Of a stretch of DNA of 64,000 nucleotides, positions 34,066-45,915 are shown in pieces (position 1 is the stretch's first letter; each line of letters opens with the position of its first letter). Origin of the DNA: Burkholderiales bacterium (GTDB taxonomy: Bacteria > Pseudomonadota > Gammaproteobacteria > Burkholderiales > SG8-41); contig JBOIEQ010000002.1 in the NCBI GenBank assembly GCA_050741255.1, positions 4,782 to 68,781 on the forward strand. Reading direction: 5' to 3'. The notes under the pieces are model-generated. The model saw only the letters and a program-made list of their open reading frames with translations. It was not told the DNA's origin and searched no databases. The translations under genes were made by a program, and so were the position numbers.

Positions 34066-35658
34066 TTACTGGTCCAGCCATACGTCCGTCAGGTCCTGCC
34101 CCACGTAATGCGAGGGCGTCATTTGCCAGCCCTTCAGCTTGCGGTTCAGCACGATGATGCGGTGCCACCAGATGGTGGGAACGGTGTAGGCCTGCTCCAG
34201 CGCGCGCTTCTCGAACTCGCGCAGCAGCGCGGTGCGCTTCTTCTTGTCGAGCTCGCCGGACTGCTTGTCGTAGAGGTCGTCCAGCACACGGTCGGTCTGG
34301 CCCGCGTAGTTGATGGCCGACTTGTCGTGCGAGAGGAACTTCTGCAGCTGCAGGTTGGGCTCGTCCATGTAATCGCAGTTGAAATCGAGCGCGGCGTCGA
34401 AGGTCGGGTTGTCGCGCTGCTGCGCGGCCAGATACAGGCGCGTTTCGAGCTGCTCGTGCTTGACGTTGACGCCGAGCTGCCGCCACTGGTCGATCAGGAA
34501 CACGCCGACCGGCGTGTACGGCATCGCCACGTTGCGATTGGTCAGCGTGAAGGTGAGGTTGGGAACACCGGCGTCGGCCAGCAGCTTCTTCGCTTCCGCC
34601 CGCGACGCATTGATGTCCTTCGCGAAGCCCGGCAGCTTGACGAGTTCCGCTTCCGGCAATGCGTACTCGTAACCCGGCCGCAGCAGGCCGCCGACATGCC
34701 GCACCAGCGCCACCTTGGACAGCGCCTCGGCGCCGGCCCAGCGGTCGATGGCGAGCGACAGCGCCTTGCGCACGCGCGGGTCGTCGAAGGGCTTCTTCCT
34801 GGTGTTGAACGTCACCACCAGGCTGCACACCCACGGCGACTCCATCACCACCGCCTTGTCGCCCAGGGTCTTCACGATGCGGTCGCGGTCCGCCGGCGAA
34901 TGGCCGCGGAATTCCGCGAGCACTTCGCCCGCCGACAGCGCGTTGACCATCGGCGCACCCTGCGTGAAGAGCGCCATGAAACCATTCAGGTACGGCTTGC
35001 CCTTCTCAAAATAGCCGTCGAAGCGCTTGCCGGTCCAGTGCGAACCGGCGACGTGCTCGACGAAGGTGAAGGGCCCGGTGCCCATGACGTTGCGCTCGGG
35101 CCAGCGCGGGTCCTGCTTCAGCTTCGCCGCGCTGTAGACGCAGTCCCAGGGGCTCGCGAAGTTCGCCAGCATCGAGGCGTTGGGCTTTTTCAGCTTGAAC
35201 ACGACCGTGAGCGGATCGGGCGTGTCGATGGTCGCGATGTCGGCGTAACCCTCCTCGCGCAGCGACCTGACGCCCGGCGGCGGCTTGCGGATGCGGTCGT
35301 AGGTCGCCTTGATGTCCTCAGAGGTGAAATTCGAGCCGTCGTGGAACTTGACGCCTTTCTTCAGCTTGAAGGTATAGGTCAGCCCGTCCTTGGACACCGT
35401 CCACGACTCGGCAAGGTCACCCTTCACCGAGGGATACTTCGCGGTGTCGAACTTGAGCAGCGTCGAGTAGTGCGGGCGCACCGGGTGGATGAACGCGAAC
35501 GACGACTGCGCGTGGCAATCGTAGTTCGGCGGCTCCGCACCGACCGCGAACTTGAGCAGACCGCCCGGAACGGGCGTCTGGGCGAACGCGGCTCCCGTCC
35601 CGGCGCCGAGCATGAGGGCAAGGGCAATCGCGGCAATCCCCATCCAGGTATGTTTCAT
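34066..35658 (-). CDS. ABC transporter substrate-binding protein, family 5 (peptide/nickel/opine type)
   Basis: 530 aa with a signal peptide MKHTWMGIAAIALALMLGAGTGAAFAQ. Typical SBP_bac_5 features are present. Confidence 0.85.
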   Translation of the reverse strand: MKHTWMGIAAIALALMLGAGTGAAFAQTPVPGGLLKFAVGAEPPNYDCHAQSSFAFIHPVRPHYSTLLKFDTAKYPSVKGDLAESWTVSKDGLTYTFKLKKGVKFHDGSNFTSEDIKATYDRIRKPPPGVRSLREEGYADIATIDTPDPLTVVFKLKKPNASMLANFASPWDCVYSAAKLKQDPRWPERNVMGTGPFTFVEHVAGSHWTGKRFDGYFEKGKPYLNGFMALFTQGAPMVNALSAGEVLAEFRGHSPADRDRIVKTLGDKAVVMESPWVCSLVVTFNTRKKPFDDPRVRKALSLAIDRWAGAEALSKVALVRHVGGLLRPGYEYALPEAELVKLPGFAKDINASRAEAKKLLADAGVPNLTFTLTNRNVAMPYTPVGVFLIDQWRQLGVNVKHEQLETRLYLAAQQRDNPTFDAALDFNCDYMDEPNLQLQKFLSHDKSAINYAGQTDRVLDDLYDKQSGELDKKKRTALLREFEKRALEQAYTVPTIWWHRIIVLNRKLKGWQMTPSHYVGQDLTDVWLDQ

Positions 35659-35698
35659 GGCTCCTCCTTCGTTCGTTGTTTGCAGTGCGGAAACAGGG

Positions 35699-37789
<2,091 letters not shown>

Positions 37790-37859
37790 GATGAGCGTCT
37801 CGTTGTGGTGATGAAACCGCCCGCAGGCTAGGGGGTGCCCGCGGGTGTGTCAAGCCGGA

Positions 37860-40781
37860 TCAGGCAAGCGCGGCAGCGAGGACTTTCGCGACGTGGATGG
37901 CGTCCCGACCAGCGCCGTCGTGGATCTGGTGCCGGCAACTCGTGCCGTCAGCAATCAGTAAGGTTTCGGCGGCGGCCTCGCGCACCGCCGGCAGCAGGCT
38001 CGCTTCGGCCATTTTCATGGACACGTCGTAGTGATCGGCGTCGAAGCCGAAGCTGCCCGCCATGCCGCAGCAACTCGACTCGACGGTCTTCACCTCGAGC
38101 CCGGGTACCAGCTTCAGCACGCGCTCCACCGCCGGCATCGCGGCGAACGCTTTCTGGTGGCAGTGGCCGTGCAGCAGCGCCTGCTTTTCCGGCAGGGGCT
38201 TGAGCTTGAGGTCGAGGCGACCCGCGGCGTGTTCGCGCGCGAGAAACTCCTCGAACAGCATCGCCTGCGCGGCAAGCCTTGTCGCGTCTTCTCCCGGCAG
38301 CATGGAGAGAAATTCGTCGCGCAGTCCGAGGATGCAGGAGGGTTCCAGCCCGATGATGGGGATGCCACGCTCGACGTAGGGCATCAGCGCCGCGAGCGTG
38401 CGCCGCGCCTCGGCCTTCGCTTCATCGACCAGCCCGGTAGCGAGAAAGGTGCGACCGCAGCACAGCGGGCGGGCCCCGTCCTCCGCGCGTGCCACATGCA
38501 CCTGGTAGCCCGCCGCTTCCAGCACGCGGAGCGCCGCGCGCAGATTGTCCGGTTCGAAGCTGTTGTTGAAGGTGTCCGCGAACAGCACGACTTCGCCCGC
38601 GCCCTGGCCCGGGCGTGCCGTGCGTTGACCATCAAGGAAGGGATCGCCGCGCCACCGCGGCAGGCCGCGCTTCGCGGAAAAGCCCAGCAGCGTCTCGGAC
38701 AGCGCGGCGAGCCCTGGAATCGTGTCGCGCAGATTGAATAGCCACGGGAGGCGCGCGCCCCACGCGGCGTAGCGCGGCAGGAAGGCGACGAGCCGGTCCC
38801 TGAGGCTGAGACCATGACGCTTGCGGTAGTGATACAGGAACTCCGTCTTCATCTTCGCCATGTCCACGCCGGTCGGACATTCGCGCTTGCACCCCTTGCA
38901 CTGCACGCACAGGTCCATCGCGTCGCGCACGTCGTCGGAAAGTAGCGCGTCCGGGCCGAGTTGGCCGGAAATGGCGAGCCGCAGCGTATTCGCGCGGCCG
39001 CGCGTGAGGTCCTTCTCGTTGCCGGTGGCGCGGAACGACGGACACATCGTGCCCGCGTCGAACTTGCGGCAGTGGCCGTTGTTGTTGCACATCTCGACGG
39101 CCTTGTCGAAGCCGCCCCACTCGCTCCAGTCGAGCGCGGTGGCGATCTTCGGCACGGTGTAGCCGGGCTTGAAGCGGAACAGCGTGCGGTCGTCCTGCTT
39201 GGACGGATGCACGATCTTGCCGGGGTTGAGCAGCCCCTTCGGGTCGAAGATCCCCTTGATCTCCTCGAACGCGGCGACGAGCTTGGGCCCGTAGAAAGGC
39301 GCGATCCATTCGGAGCGCACCAGGCCGTCGCCATGCTCGCCGGAGTAGGCGCCCTTGTATTCTTTCACCAGCTCGGCGGCCTCCTCGGCGATGGCCCGCA
39401 TTTTTCCGGCCCCATCGTCGCGCATGTTGAGGATGGGCCGCACGTGCAGTGTGCCGACGGACGCGTGCGCGTACCAGGTGCCGCGCGTGCCGTGCTTTTC
39501 GAAGACACTCGTCAGGCGTTCGGTGTACGCGGCGAGATGTTCGAGCGGCACCGCGCAGTCCTCGATGAAGGACACGGGTTTGCCGTCGCCCTTCATCGAC
39601 ATCATGATGTTGAGGCCGGCCTTGCGCACCTCCCAGAAGTCGCGTTGCACAGCCGGATCGATCACCTCGACCACGCTGCCGGGCAGGCCGAAGTCCGCCA
39701 TCAGTTCGACCAGTTGTTTCAGCTTCGCGAGCTGCTCGTCGCGGTTCTCGCCGGCAAACTCCACCAGCAGGATCGCGTCCGGGTCGCCTTTCACGCACTG
39801 GTCGACGATGGGCCGGAACGCGGGGTTGGAGCGTGCGAGCCCGATCATCGTGCGGTCCACCAGTTCCACGGCGACCGGCTTCAGTTGCACGATCTGCTGC
39901 GGCGCCTCCATCGCGCGGTAGAACGTCGGGAAATGGCAGATGCCGAGCGTCTTGTGCTTCGGCAGCGGCGACAGATTGAGATGCAGCCGCTTCGAATACG
40001 CCAGGGTGCCTTCGGAGCCGACCAGCAGGTGCGCCATGTTGAAAGCGGGCGCCGCGAGCATATCGAGGTTGTAGCCGGCGACCTTGCGCAGCACTTTCGG
40101 ATAGCGGTGTTCGATCTCCTCGGCCTCGCGCACGAAGATGCCGCGGATCTTCTGCACCAGCTCGCGGTAACCCGCGGGGCCGCCGAGCTGCGACAGGTCC
40201 GCCGGCACGTCGCCGAAGGCATACTCCGCGCCGTCGGCCATCACCGCCTCGATCCCGGCGACGTTGTGCACCATGTTGCCGTACTGAATGGAACGCGAAC
40301 CGCAGGAGTTGTTGCCGGCCATGCCGCCGAGCGTCGCCTGCGCGCTGGTGGACACGTCCACCGGATACCACAGGCCGTGCGGCTTGAGGTGCGCGTTCAG
40401 ATGATCGAGCACCATGCCGGGCTGCACGACGGCGACCTTGCTGTCCTGGTCAAAGCTGACGAGCCGGTTCAGATACTTTGAGTGGTCGATGACCAGCGCC
40501 GCACCGACGGTCTGCCCGCATTGCGACGTGCCGCCGCCGCGCGGCAGCACCGGGATGCCCTCCTCCACGGCGATCTGCAGCGCGATCTGCGCGTCGCGTT
40601 CGGTCTTCGGCACCACCACGCCAACGGGCTCGATCTGGTAGATCGAGGCGTCGGTCGAGTAACGGCCGCGCGAAGCAGCGTCGAACAGGACTTCGCCTTC
40701 CAGTTCGCGCTTCAGCCGCTGCGCGAGCGCACTGTCGTCGGCACGGGGATGCAGGCGGAGGGGATGGACGGGCGCGTTCAT
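37860..40781 (-). CDS. FAD-binding and (Fe-S)-binding oxidoreductase, YdiJ-like (FAD-linked oxidase fused to GlcF-like 4Fe-4S/CCG domains)
   Basis: Internal ATG of ORF 37860..40937. It has an FAD_binding_4 N-terminus (RGGGTSQCGQ), CxxCxxCxxxCP ferredoxin motifs (CVQCKGCKRECP) and a C-terminal CCG (SSCCGMAGSFG). Confidence 0.8.
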   Translation of the reverse strand: MNAPVHPLRLHPRADDSALAQRLKRELEGEVLFDAASRGRYSTDASIYQIEPVGVVVPKTERDAQIALQIAVEEGIPVLPRGGGTSQCGQTVGAALVIDHSKYLNRLVSFDQDSKVAVVQPGMVLDHLNAHLKPHGLWYPVDVSTSAQATLGGMAGNNSCGSRSIQYGNMVHNVAGIEAVMADGAEYAFGDVPADLSQLGGPAGYRELVQKIRGIFVREAEEIEHRYPKVLRKVAGYNLDMLAAPAFNMAHLLVGSEGTLAYSKRLHLNLSPLPKHKTLGICHFPTFYRAMEAPQQIVQLKPVAVELVDRTMIGLARSNPAFRPIVDQCVKGDPDAILLVEFAGENRDEQLAKLKQLVELMADFGLPGSVVEVIDPAVQRDFWEVRKAGLNIMMSMKGDGKPVSFIEDCAVPLEHLAAYTERLTSVFEKHGTRGTWYAHASVGTLHVRPILNMRDDGAGKMRAIAEEAAELVKEYKGAYSGEHGDGLVRSEWIAPFYGPKLVAAFEEIKGIFDPKGLLNPGKIVHPSKQDDRTLFRFKPGYTVPKIATALDWSEWGGFDKAVEMCNNNGHCRKFDAGTMCPSFRATGNEKDLTRGRANTLRLAISGQLGPDALLSDDVRDAMDLCVQCKGCKRECPTGVDMAKMKTEFLYHYRKRHGLSLRDRLVAFLPRYAAWGARLPWLFNLRDTIPGLAALSETLLGFSAKRGLPRWRGDPFLDGQRTARPGQGAGEVVLFADTFNNSFEPDNLRAALRVLEAAGYQVHVARAEDGARPLCCGRTFLATGLVDEAKAEARRTLAALMPYVERGIPIIGLEPSCILGLRDEFLSMLPGEDATRLAAQAMLFEEFLAREHAAGRLDLKLKPLPEKQALLHGHCHQKAFAAMPAVERVLKLVPGLEVKTVESSCCGMAGSFGFDADHYDVSMKMAEASLLPAVREAAAETLLIADGTSCRHQIHDGAGRDAIHVAKVLAAALA

Positions 40782-40820
40782 GCCGCGGAATGATAACCGT
40801 ATCGCACACTGAAGCGCCTC

Positions 40821-41085
40821 AGAGCGCCTAACAGCGTGAAACGCACGTGCGCTGTCACGGGTTTGGCTCAGGGCGAGGCATCTGCCACCGGCCGTATGGG
40901 GTATACGGTCAAGGCAGATAACGACGCCATGGGCCAAACTCGTGCCAGCCCGGAGGGTTACGGCCAGAATCGCCGCTCACTTTGTCGCCCTCCGGGGGCC
41001 GTATTGACATACGCCCCCCATCGGGCTTCGCGTGCCCGACAATTCTGGCCGTAACGCACGCGCGTTTCACACTGTTAGGTGCTCT
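40821..41085. mobile_element. MITE-like element E2 (265 bp, 24-bp terminal inverted repeats with 2 mismatches)
   Basis: AGAGCGCCTAACAGCGTGAAACGC (40821-40844) matches the reverse complement of 41062-41085 (AGAGCACCTAACAGTGTGAAACGC). Nested internal inverted repeats include 40957-40970 against 41042-41055. Its size and AGAGC...AAACG termini resemble E1. Confidence 0.45.
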
Positions 41086-41119
41086 AAGCTACCATCGCGC
41101 TCCACGCTCAGGAGCTGCC

Positions 41120-42316
41120 ATGACCCTGCACACCGGACGCCATTTTCTGCAAATCCCCGGCCCGACCAACGTGCCCGACCGCGTGCTGCGCGCCATCGAC
41201 AGCGCGACTATCGACCACCGCGGGCCCGAGTTCCAGCAACTGGGCCAGGCCGTACTCGCGGGTCTGAAGCCCGTGTTCAAGACCAGGGGCACGGTCGTGA
41301 TCTTTCCGGCATCCGGCACCGGCGCGTGGGAAGCCGCGCTCGTCAACACGCTGTCGCCCGGCGACCGGGTGCTGATGGCCGAGACCGGCCATTTCGCGAC
41401 GCTGTGGGAAGGCATGGCGAAGCGGCTCGCCCTGGTGCCCGATTTCATCCCCGGCGACTGGCGCCGCGGCGCCGATCCGGCGGCCATCGAAGCCAGGCTC
41501 GCGGAAGACAAGGGCCACACGATCAAGGCCGTGTGCGTCGTGCACAACGAAACCTCCACGGGCGCGACTTCACGCATCGGCGAGATCCGCAAGGCTATCG
41601 ATCGTGCGAAACATCCCGCGCTGTTCATGGTGGATACGATCTCTTCCCTCGCCTCCATCGACTACCGCCACGACGAATGGGGCGTGGACGTCACCGTCGC
41701 CGGCTCGCAGAAGGGCCTGATGCTGCCGCCCGGCTTGTCGTTCAACGCCGTGAGCGACAAGGCGCTCGCCGCCGGCAAGACCGCGAAGCTGCCGCGGTCG
41801 TACTGGAGCTGGGACGAGATGCTCGCGCCGAACAAGAATGGCTTCTTCCCCTACACGCCGGCCACCAACCTGCTCTACGGTCTGCGCGAGGCGCTCACGA
41901 TGCTGGTCGAGGAAGAAGGCCTGGAAAACGTGTTCAAGCGCCACGACCGCCACGCCGAAGCCACGCGCCGCGCGGTGCGCGCGTGGGGCCTGGAGATCCT
42001 GTGCCAGAACCCGGCCGAATATTCGAGCGCGCTGACCGCCGTGCTGATGCCCGCCGGCCACGATGAAGCGGCCTACCGCAAGGTCGTGCTCGAGCACTTC
42101 GACATGTCGCTCGGCAGCGGGCTCGGCAAGGTCGCGGGCAAGGTGTTCCGCATCGGCCACCTCGGATCTTTCAACGACCTCACGCTGATCGGCACGCTGG
42201 CCGGCGTGGAGATGGGCCTCGGCCTCGCGGGGGTTCCGCACAAGAAAGGCGGCGTCGCGGCGGCCATGGAATATCTCGGCGGCAGCGAGGCACTGAAGAC
42301 ACGCGCGGCGGCCTGA
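41120..42316 (+). CDS. Class V aminotransferase (serine/alanine-glyoxylate aminotransferase family)
   Basis: Internal ATG of ORF 40982..42316 with an AGGAG RBS. FLQIPGPTNVPDRVLRA, ASGTGAWEAAL and GSQKGLMLPPG (PLP lysine). Confidence 0.8.
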   Translation: MTLHTGRHFLQIPGPTNVPDRVLRAIDSATIDHRGPEFQQLGQAVLAGLKPVFKTRGTVVIFPASGTGAWEAALVNTLSPGDRVLMAETGHFATLWEGMAKRLALVPDFIPGDWRRGADPAAIEARLAEDKGHTIKAVCVVHNETSTGATSRIGEIRKAIDRAKHPALFMVDTISSLASIDYRHDEWGVDVTVAGSQKGLMLPPGLSFNAVSDKALAAGKTAKLPRSYWSWDEMLAPNKNGFFPYTPATNLLYGLREALTMLVEEEGLENVFKRHDRHAEATRRAVRAWGLEILCQNPAEYSSALTAVLMPAGHDEAAYRKVVLEHFDMSLGSGLGKVAGKVFRIGHLGSFNDLTLIGTLAGVEMGLGLAGVPHKKGGVAAAMEYLGGSEALKTRAAA

Positions 42317-42406
42317 CCGCGCGCGGCAAGGCCGCATGGAACCGAACTTGCTAGGAACTCACTAGCCGGCGGGGGGCATCCCCCGATTCGCTTCAACGAG
42401 GCTTCC

Positions 42407-43378
42407 ATGCACAAGCTTGCACCGCTTCTCCTCCTGCTGTGTTCCACTGCGGTGCCCGCGGCCGACGTGGCGCCTGCCTATCCCGACCGGCCGGTCCGCT
42501 TTATCGTGCTGTCGCCGCCCGGCGGCGGCTCCGACATCACGGCACGGGCGATCGCCCAGAAACTCACCGAAAAGTGGGGCCAGCAGGTCATCGTCGACAC
42601 CCGCGCCGGCGCCGGCGGCGTGGTCGGCATGGAAATCGCGGCCAACGCCCGGCCCGACGGCTACACCCTGGTGCTCGGCGGCATCGGCCCGGTGGCCGTC
42701 GCGCCCAGCATCTACAAGAAGCCGCCCTACGATCCGGTCAAGGACTTCACACCCATCGTGCGCGCGGCCAACGCGCTCAACATGCTCGTCGTGCATCCCT
42801 CGGTGCCCGCGACCTCGGTAAAGGAACTGATCGCCTACGGCAAGACCTCGAACGCCAAACTCAATTACGGCTCGTCGGGCGCCGGGCGGGCAGACCATCT
42901 CGCCGGCGAAATCTTCAGCAAGATGACCGGCGTCCCCATGCAGCACGTGCCGTACAAGGGCGGTGCGCCGGCGATGGTCGATCTGCTGGGCGGCAACATC
43001 CAGCTGATATTTTCCACCGTGTCCACCGCCATCGTGCACGTCAAGGCCGGCAAGATCCGTCCGCTCGGCATGACGGCGGCGAAACGCTCGGAGTTCTTTC
43101 CCGACATTCCCACCATCGCGGAAAGCGGCCTGCCCGGCTTCGCCGTCGACAACTGGTACGGCGTGGTGGCGCCGGCCGGCCTGCCCCGCGCCATCGTCGT
43201 CAAACAGCACCGCGACATCAGCGACACGCTCAACCAGCGCGACGTGAAGGAGCGGCTGGCCGGGCTCGGCATCGTCGCCTTTCCGACCGCGACGCCGGAA
43301 GAGTTCGGCGCCTACATCAAGTCAGAAGTCGCCCGCTACGCGAAGATCGTCAAGGAGGCAGGCGTCACCGCCGAATAG
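42407..43378 (+). CDS. Bug family (TctC-like) substrate-binding protein
   Basis: Signal peptide followed by YPDRPVRFIVLSPPGGGSD. Confidence 0.85.
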   Translation: MHKLAPLLLLLCSTAVPAADVAPAYPDRPVRFIVLSPPGGGSDITARAIAQKLTEKWGQQVIVDTRAGAGGVVGMEIAANARPDGYTLVLGGIGPVAVAPSIYKKPPYDPVKDFTPIVRAANALNMLVVHPSVPATSVKELIAYGKTSNAKLNYGSSGAGRADHLAGEIFSKMTGVPMQHVPYKGGAPAMVDLLGGNIQLIFSTVSTAIVHVKAGKIRPLGMTAAKRSEFFPDIPTIAESGLPGFAVDNWYGVVAPAGLPRAIVVKQHRDISDTLNQRDVKERLAGLGIVAFPTATPEEFGAYIKSEVARYAKIVKEAGVTAE

Positions 43379-43436
43379 GCACTGCGTGCTGGACAACCCG
43401 CGCGGCAGCATCGATCATCGCGCCGGAGGAGACCCG

Positions 43437-44408
43437 ATGAAAAACCTGATCCGTTCGGCACTCGTGGCCGCCGGGGCGTTGTGCATCACTTGTGTGCACG
43501 CCCAGGCGCCGAACTACCCATCGCGCGCCATTCGCATGATCGTGCCCTTCGCCCCTGGCGGCGGCAGCGACATCGTCGCGCGGCTGATCGGCGTGGAACT
43601 GAGCAAGGGCCTCGGCCAGCCGGTGGTGATCGACAACCGCGCCGGCGCCGGCAGTACGCTCGGCACCGATCTCACGGCCAAGGCGCCACCCGACGGCTAC
43701 ACCATCGTCCTCAACAACATCGGCCTCGCCTTCAATGCAACGCTCTACCAGAAGCTGCCTTACGACACACTGAAGGATCTGGCGCCCATCAGCCTGGTCG
43801 CGACACAACCCAACCTGTTCGTCGTGCACCCGTCCCTGCCGGTGAAGAGCGTCGCCGAGTTTCTGAAACTCGCACGTGCCCGGCCCGGCCAGATCACCTA
43901 CGCCTCCGGCGGCGTGGGCAGTGGTTCGCATCTCGCCGCCGAACTGCTGATCCTGCTGACGAAGGTCAACCTCATCCACGTGCCCTACAAGGGCACGGGT
44001 CCGGCGGTGGTCGATCTGCTGGGCGGCCAGGTGCAGATGATGGTCTCCACCATGGCCTCCGCGCTGCCGCATGCGAAGGCGGGCAAGCTGCGCGCGCTGG
44101 GCGTCACCAGCGCCGCGCGTTCTCCGGCCGCGCCGGAGGTGCCGACGATGATCGAAGCCGGCGTGCCCGGCTTCGAATTCACGACGTGGTACGCCATGCT
44201 TGCGCCGGCCGGCACGCCCAGGCCCATCATCCAGAAACTCAACGCCGAACTGGCGCGCATTTCGAAGGTACCCGATATCGCGGACAAGTTCTCCACGCAA
44301 GGCCTCGACCCGCTGTCCTCCACGCCCGAGGCTTTCGGCGAATACCTCAAGTCCGAAGTCGACAAGTGGGGCAAGGTGGTGAAGGCCACCGGCGCCCGCG
44401 CCGAATAG
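43437..44408 (+). CDS. Bug family (TctC-like) substrate-binding protein
   Basis: Internal ATG of ORF 43386..44408. Signal peptide followed by YPSRAIRMIVPFAPGGGSD. Confidence 0.85.
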   Translation: MKNLIRSALVAAGALCITCVHAQAPNYPSRAIRMIVPFAPGGGSDIVARLIGVELSKGLGQPVVIDNRAGAGSTLGTDLTAKAPPDGYTIVLNNIGLAFNATLYQKLPYDTLKDLAPISLVATQPNLFVVHPSLPVKSVAEFLKLARARPGQITYASGGVGSGSHLAAELLILLTKVNLIHVPYKGTGPAVVDLLGGQVQMMVSTMASALPHAKAGKLRALGVTSAARSPAAPEVPTMIEAGVPGFEFTTWYAMLAPAGTPRPIIQKLNAELARISKVPDIADKFSTQGLDPLSSTPEAFGEYLKSEVDKWGKVVKATGARAE

Positions 44409-44419
44409 GCCGGACCCGC

Positions 44420-44896
44420 ATGAGTACCGACGCCCTTACACATCTGACCTACATGCAGCGCGCGCTGGACCTCGCGCGCAAGTCCATGGACTCGGGCAAC
44501 CGGCCGGTTGCCTCCCTCATCGTCCGCGACGGCGAGGTCATCGGCAGCGGCGTCAACACCATGCTGAGCGACCACGATCCGAGCGCGCACGCCGAGGTCG
44601 CCGCCATCCGCGAGGCCGGCGCGAAGCTGAAGACCATCGACCTCTCCGGCAGCACGCTGTATTCCACGCTCGAATGCTGTCCCATGTGCTTCTGGTGCAT
44701 GCAGGAAGCGAAGATCACCCGGGTCGTGCTGGGCGGCCGCTATGCCGGCATCGGGCGCACCGACCTGGGCCGCTACACGGTGGAGTCCTTCCGCGAATTC
44801 ACCGGCCGCCCGCTGGAGATCATCACCGGCGTGCTGCAGACCGAATGCGAGGCCGTTCGCCTGGAATGGATGCGGAAGGAAAGCAAAAACAAATGA
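44420..44896 (+). CDS. Nucleoside/nucleotide deaminase (CDA fold, TadA/guanine deaminase-like)
   Basis: This is the last 158 codons of ORF 43481..44896. Zinc motifs HAEVAAI and LECCPMC (HAE...PCxxC). Confidence 0.8.
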   Translation: MSTDALTHLTYMQRALDLARKSMDSGNRPVASLIVRDGEVIGSGVNTMLSDHDPSAHAEVAAIREAGAKLKTIDLSGSTLYSTLECCPMCFWCMQEAKITRVVLGGRYAGIGRTDLGRYTVESFREFTGRPLEIITGVLQTECEAVRLEWMRKESKNK

Positions 44897-44983
44897 ACCA
44901 CAGAGGCACAGAGGCACAGAGGACGGCAAGGAAAACGAACTTCGAATCGGGGTTTTCTCCGTGTCTCTGTGCCTCTGTGGTTC
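44895..44983. repeat. Tandem-unit hairpin element (8-nt unit CACAGAGG), same subfamily as 58160-58298
   Basis: The left arm is GAACCACAGAGGCACAGAGGCACAGAGGACGG (44895-44926). The right arm is TTCTCCGTGTCTCTGTGCCTCTGTGGTTC (44955-44983). It overlaps the TGA of the deaminase gene. Confidence 0.8.
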
Positions 44984-45034
44984 AATGGGTTTGATGGGCG
45001 AACCAAGAGCGCCTGACAACCTCGGAGGGGATCA

Positions 45035-45871
45035 ATGGCAAGCCTGAAAGACCGCATCGGCGTCGACATCGGCCGCCGCGCCAGGCTGGAAGACGGCATC
45101 GAATGGGCGGCAAAGAACGGCGTCCGCTATGTCGACATCCAGCTCGATACCGCGCACAACGCGGTGACCACGTTCGACGACAAGCGCTGTGACGCCATAC
45201 GCGCGCTCACCGAGAGGCACGGCATCACGCTCGGGCTGCACACGCTGTCGGCGGTGAACGTTGCCGAGTATTCGCCCTACGTGGGTGAAGCGGTCGACCA
45301 GTACCTCAAAAGCTACATCGACATTTTCCCCAAGCTCGGCGCGCACTGGATCGTGGTCCACGCCGGCTATCACTTCACCTCCGACGTGAAGCTGCGCATG
45401 GAAGCCGGCTGCGAGCGGTTGAAGCGCATGGTGGATTACGCCGGCAAGAAGGGCGCGGTCCTCTACCTCGAGAACCTGAACAACGAGCCGCCGGACGCCG
45501 AGGTGCATTACCTCGCGCACACCGTCGAGGAGTGGATGTACTACTTCGACCGCATCAAGGCCGACCACTTCCGCATGTCGTTCACCGCCAACCACGCGCA
45601 CCTGGTGCCCGACGGCGTGGACGGCTTCATCGACGCCATCGACTTCTCACGCGTGGGCGAGGTGCGGCTCGCCGACTGCTTTCGCCTCGGCAAGGAAGAA
45701 CACCTGCTGCCGGGCAAGGGCGACTTCGACTTCGGCCACCTGTTCAGGCGCATCGAGGCCAAAAAAGAGTTCAAGGGCCATTACATGAACGCGTTCGGCA
45801 CGCTCGACGACATGTTGGCCGGGCGCGAGTACCAGTTGAATAAAGCCAAAGCCGCGGGCGTCGCGGTATAA
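45035..45871 (+). CDS. Sugar phosphate isomerase/epimerase (xylose isomerase-like TIM barrel)
   Basis: Pattern GLHTLSAVN, WIVVHAGY and LYLENLN, typical of AP_endonuc_2/TIM-barrel family proteins. Confidence 0.75.
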   Translation: MASLKDRIGVDIGRRARLEDGIEWAAKNGVRYVDIQLDTAHNAVTTFDDKRCDAIRALTERHGITLGLHTLSAVNVAEYSPYVGEAVDQYLKSYIDIFPKLGAHWIVVHAGYHFTSDVKLRMEAGCERLKRMVDYAGKKGAVLYLENLNNEPPDAEVHYLAHTVEEWMYYFDRIKADHFRMSFTANHAHLVPDGVDGFIDAIDFSRVGEVRLADCFRLGKEEHLLPGKGDFDFGHLFRRIEAKKEFKGHYMNAFGTLDDMLAGREYQLNKAKAAGVAV

Positions 45872-45915
45872 CAAGCTGCCGAGCGGCCGCAGAGCCGCCC
45901 CCAGCAGCTGGAGGA

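Noticed and set aside
37790-37859. Palindromic GC-rich segment (CCCGCAGG...CCCGCGGG) considered as an intrinsic terminator or operator between the ABC ATPase gene and the YdiJ-like gene.
   Set aside because: The two halves are not properly complementary and there is no U-tract on either strand.
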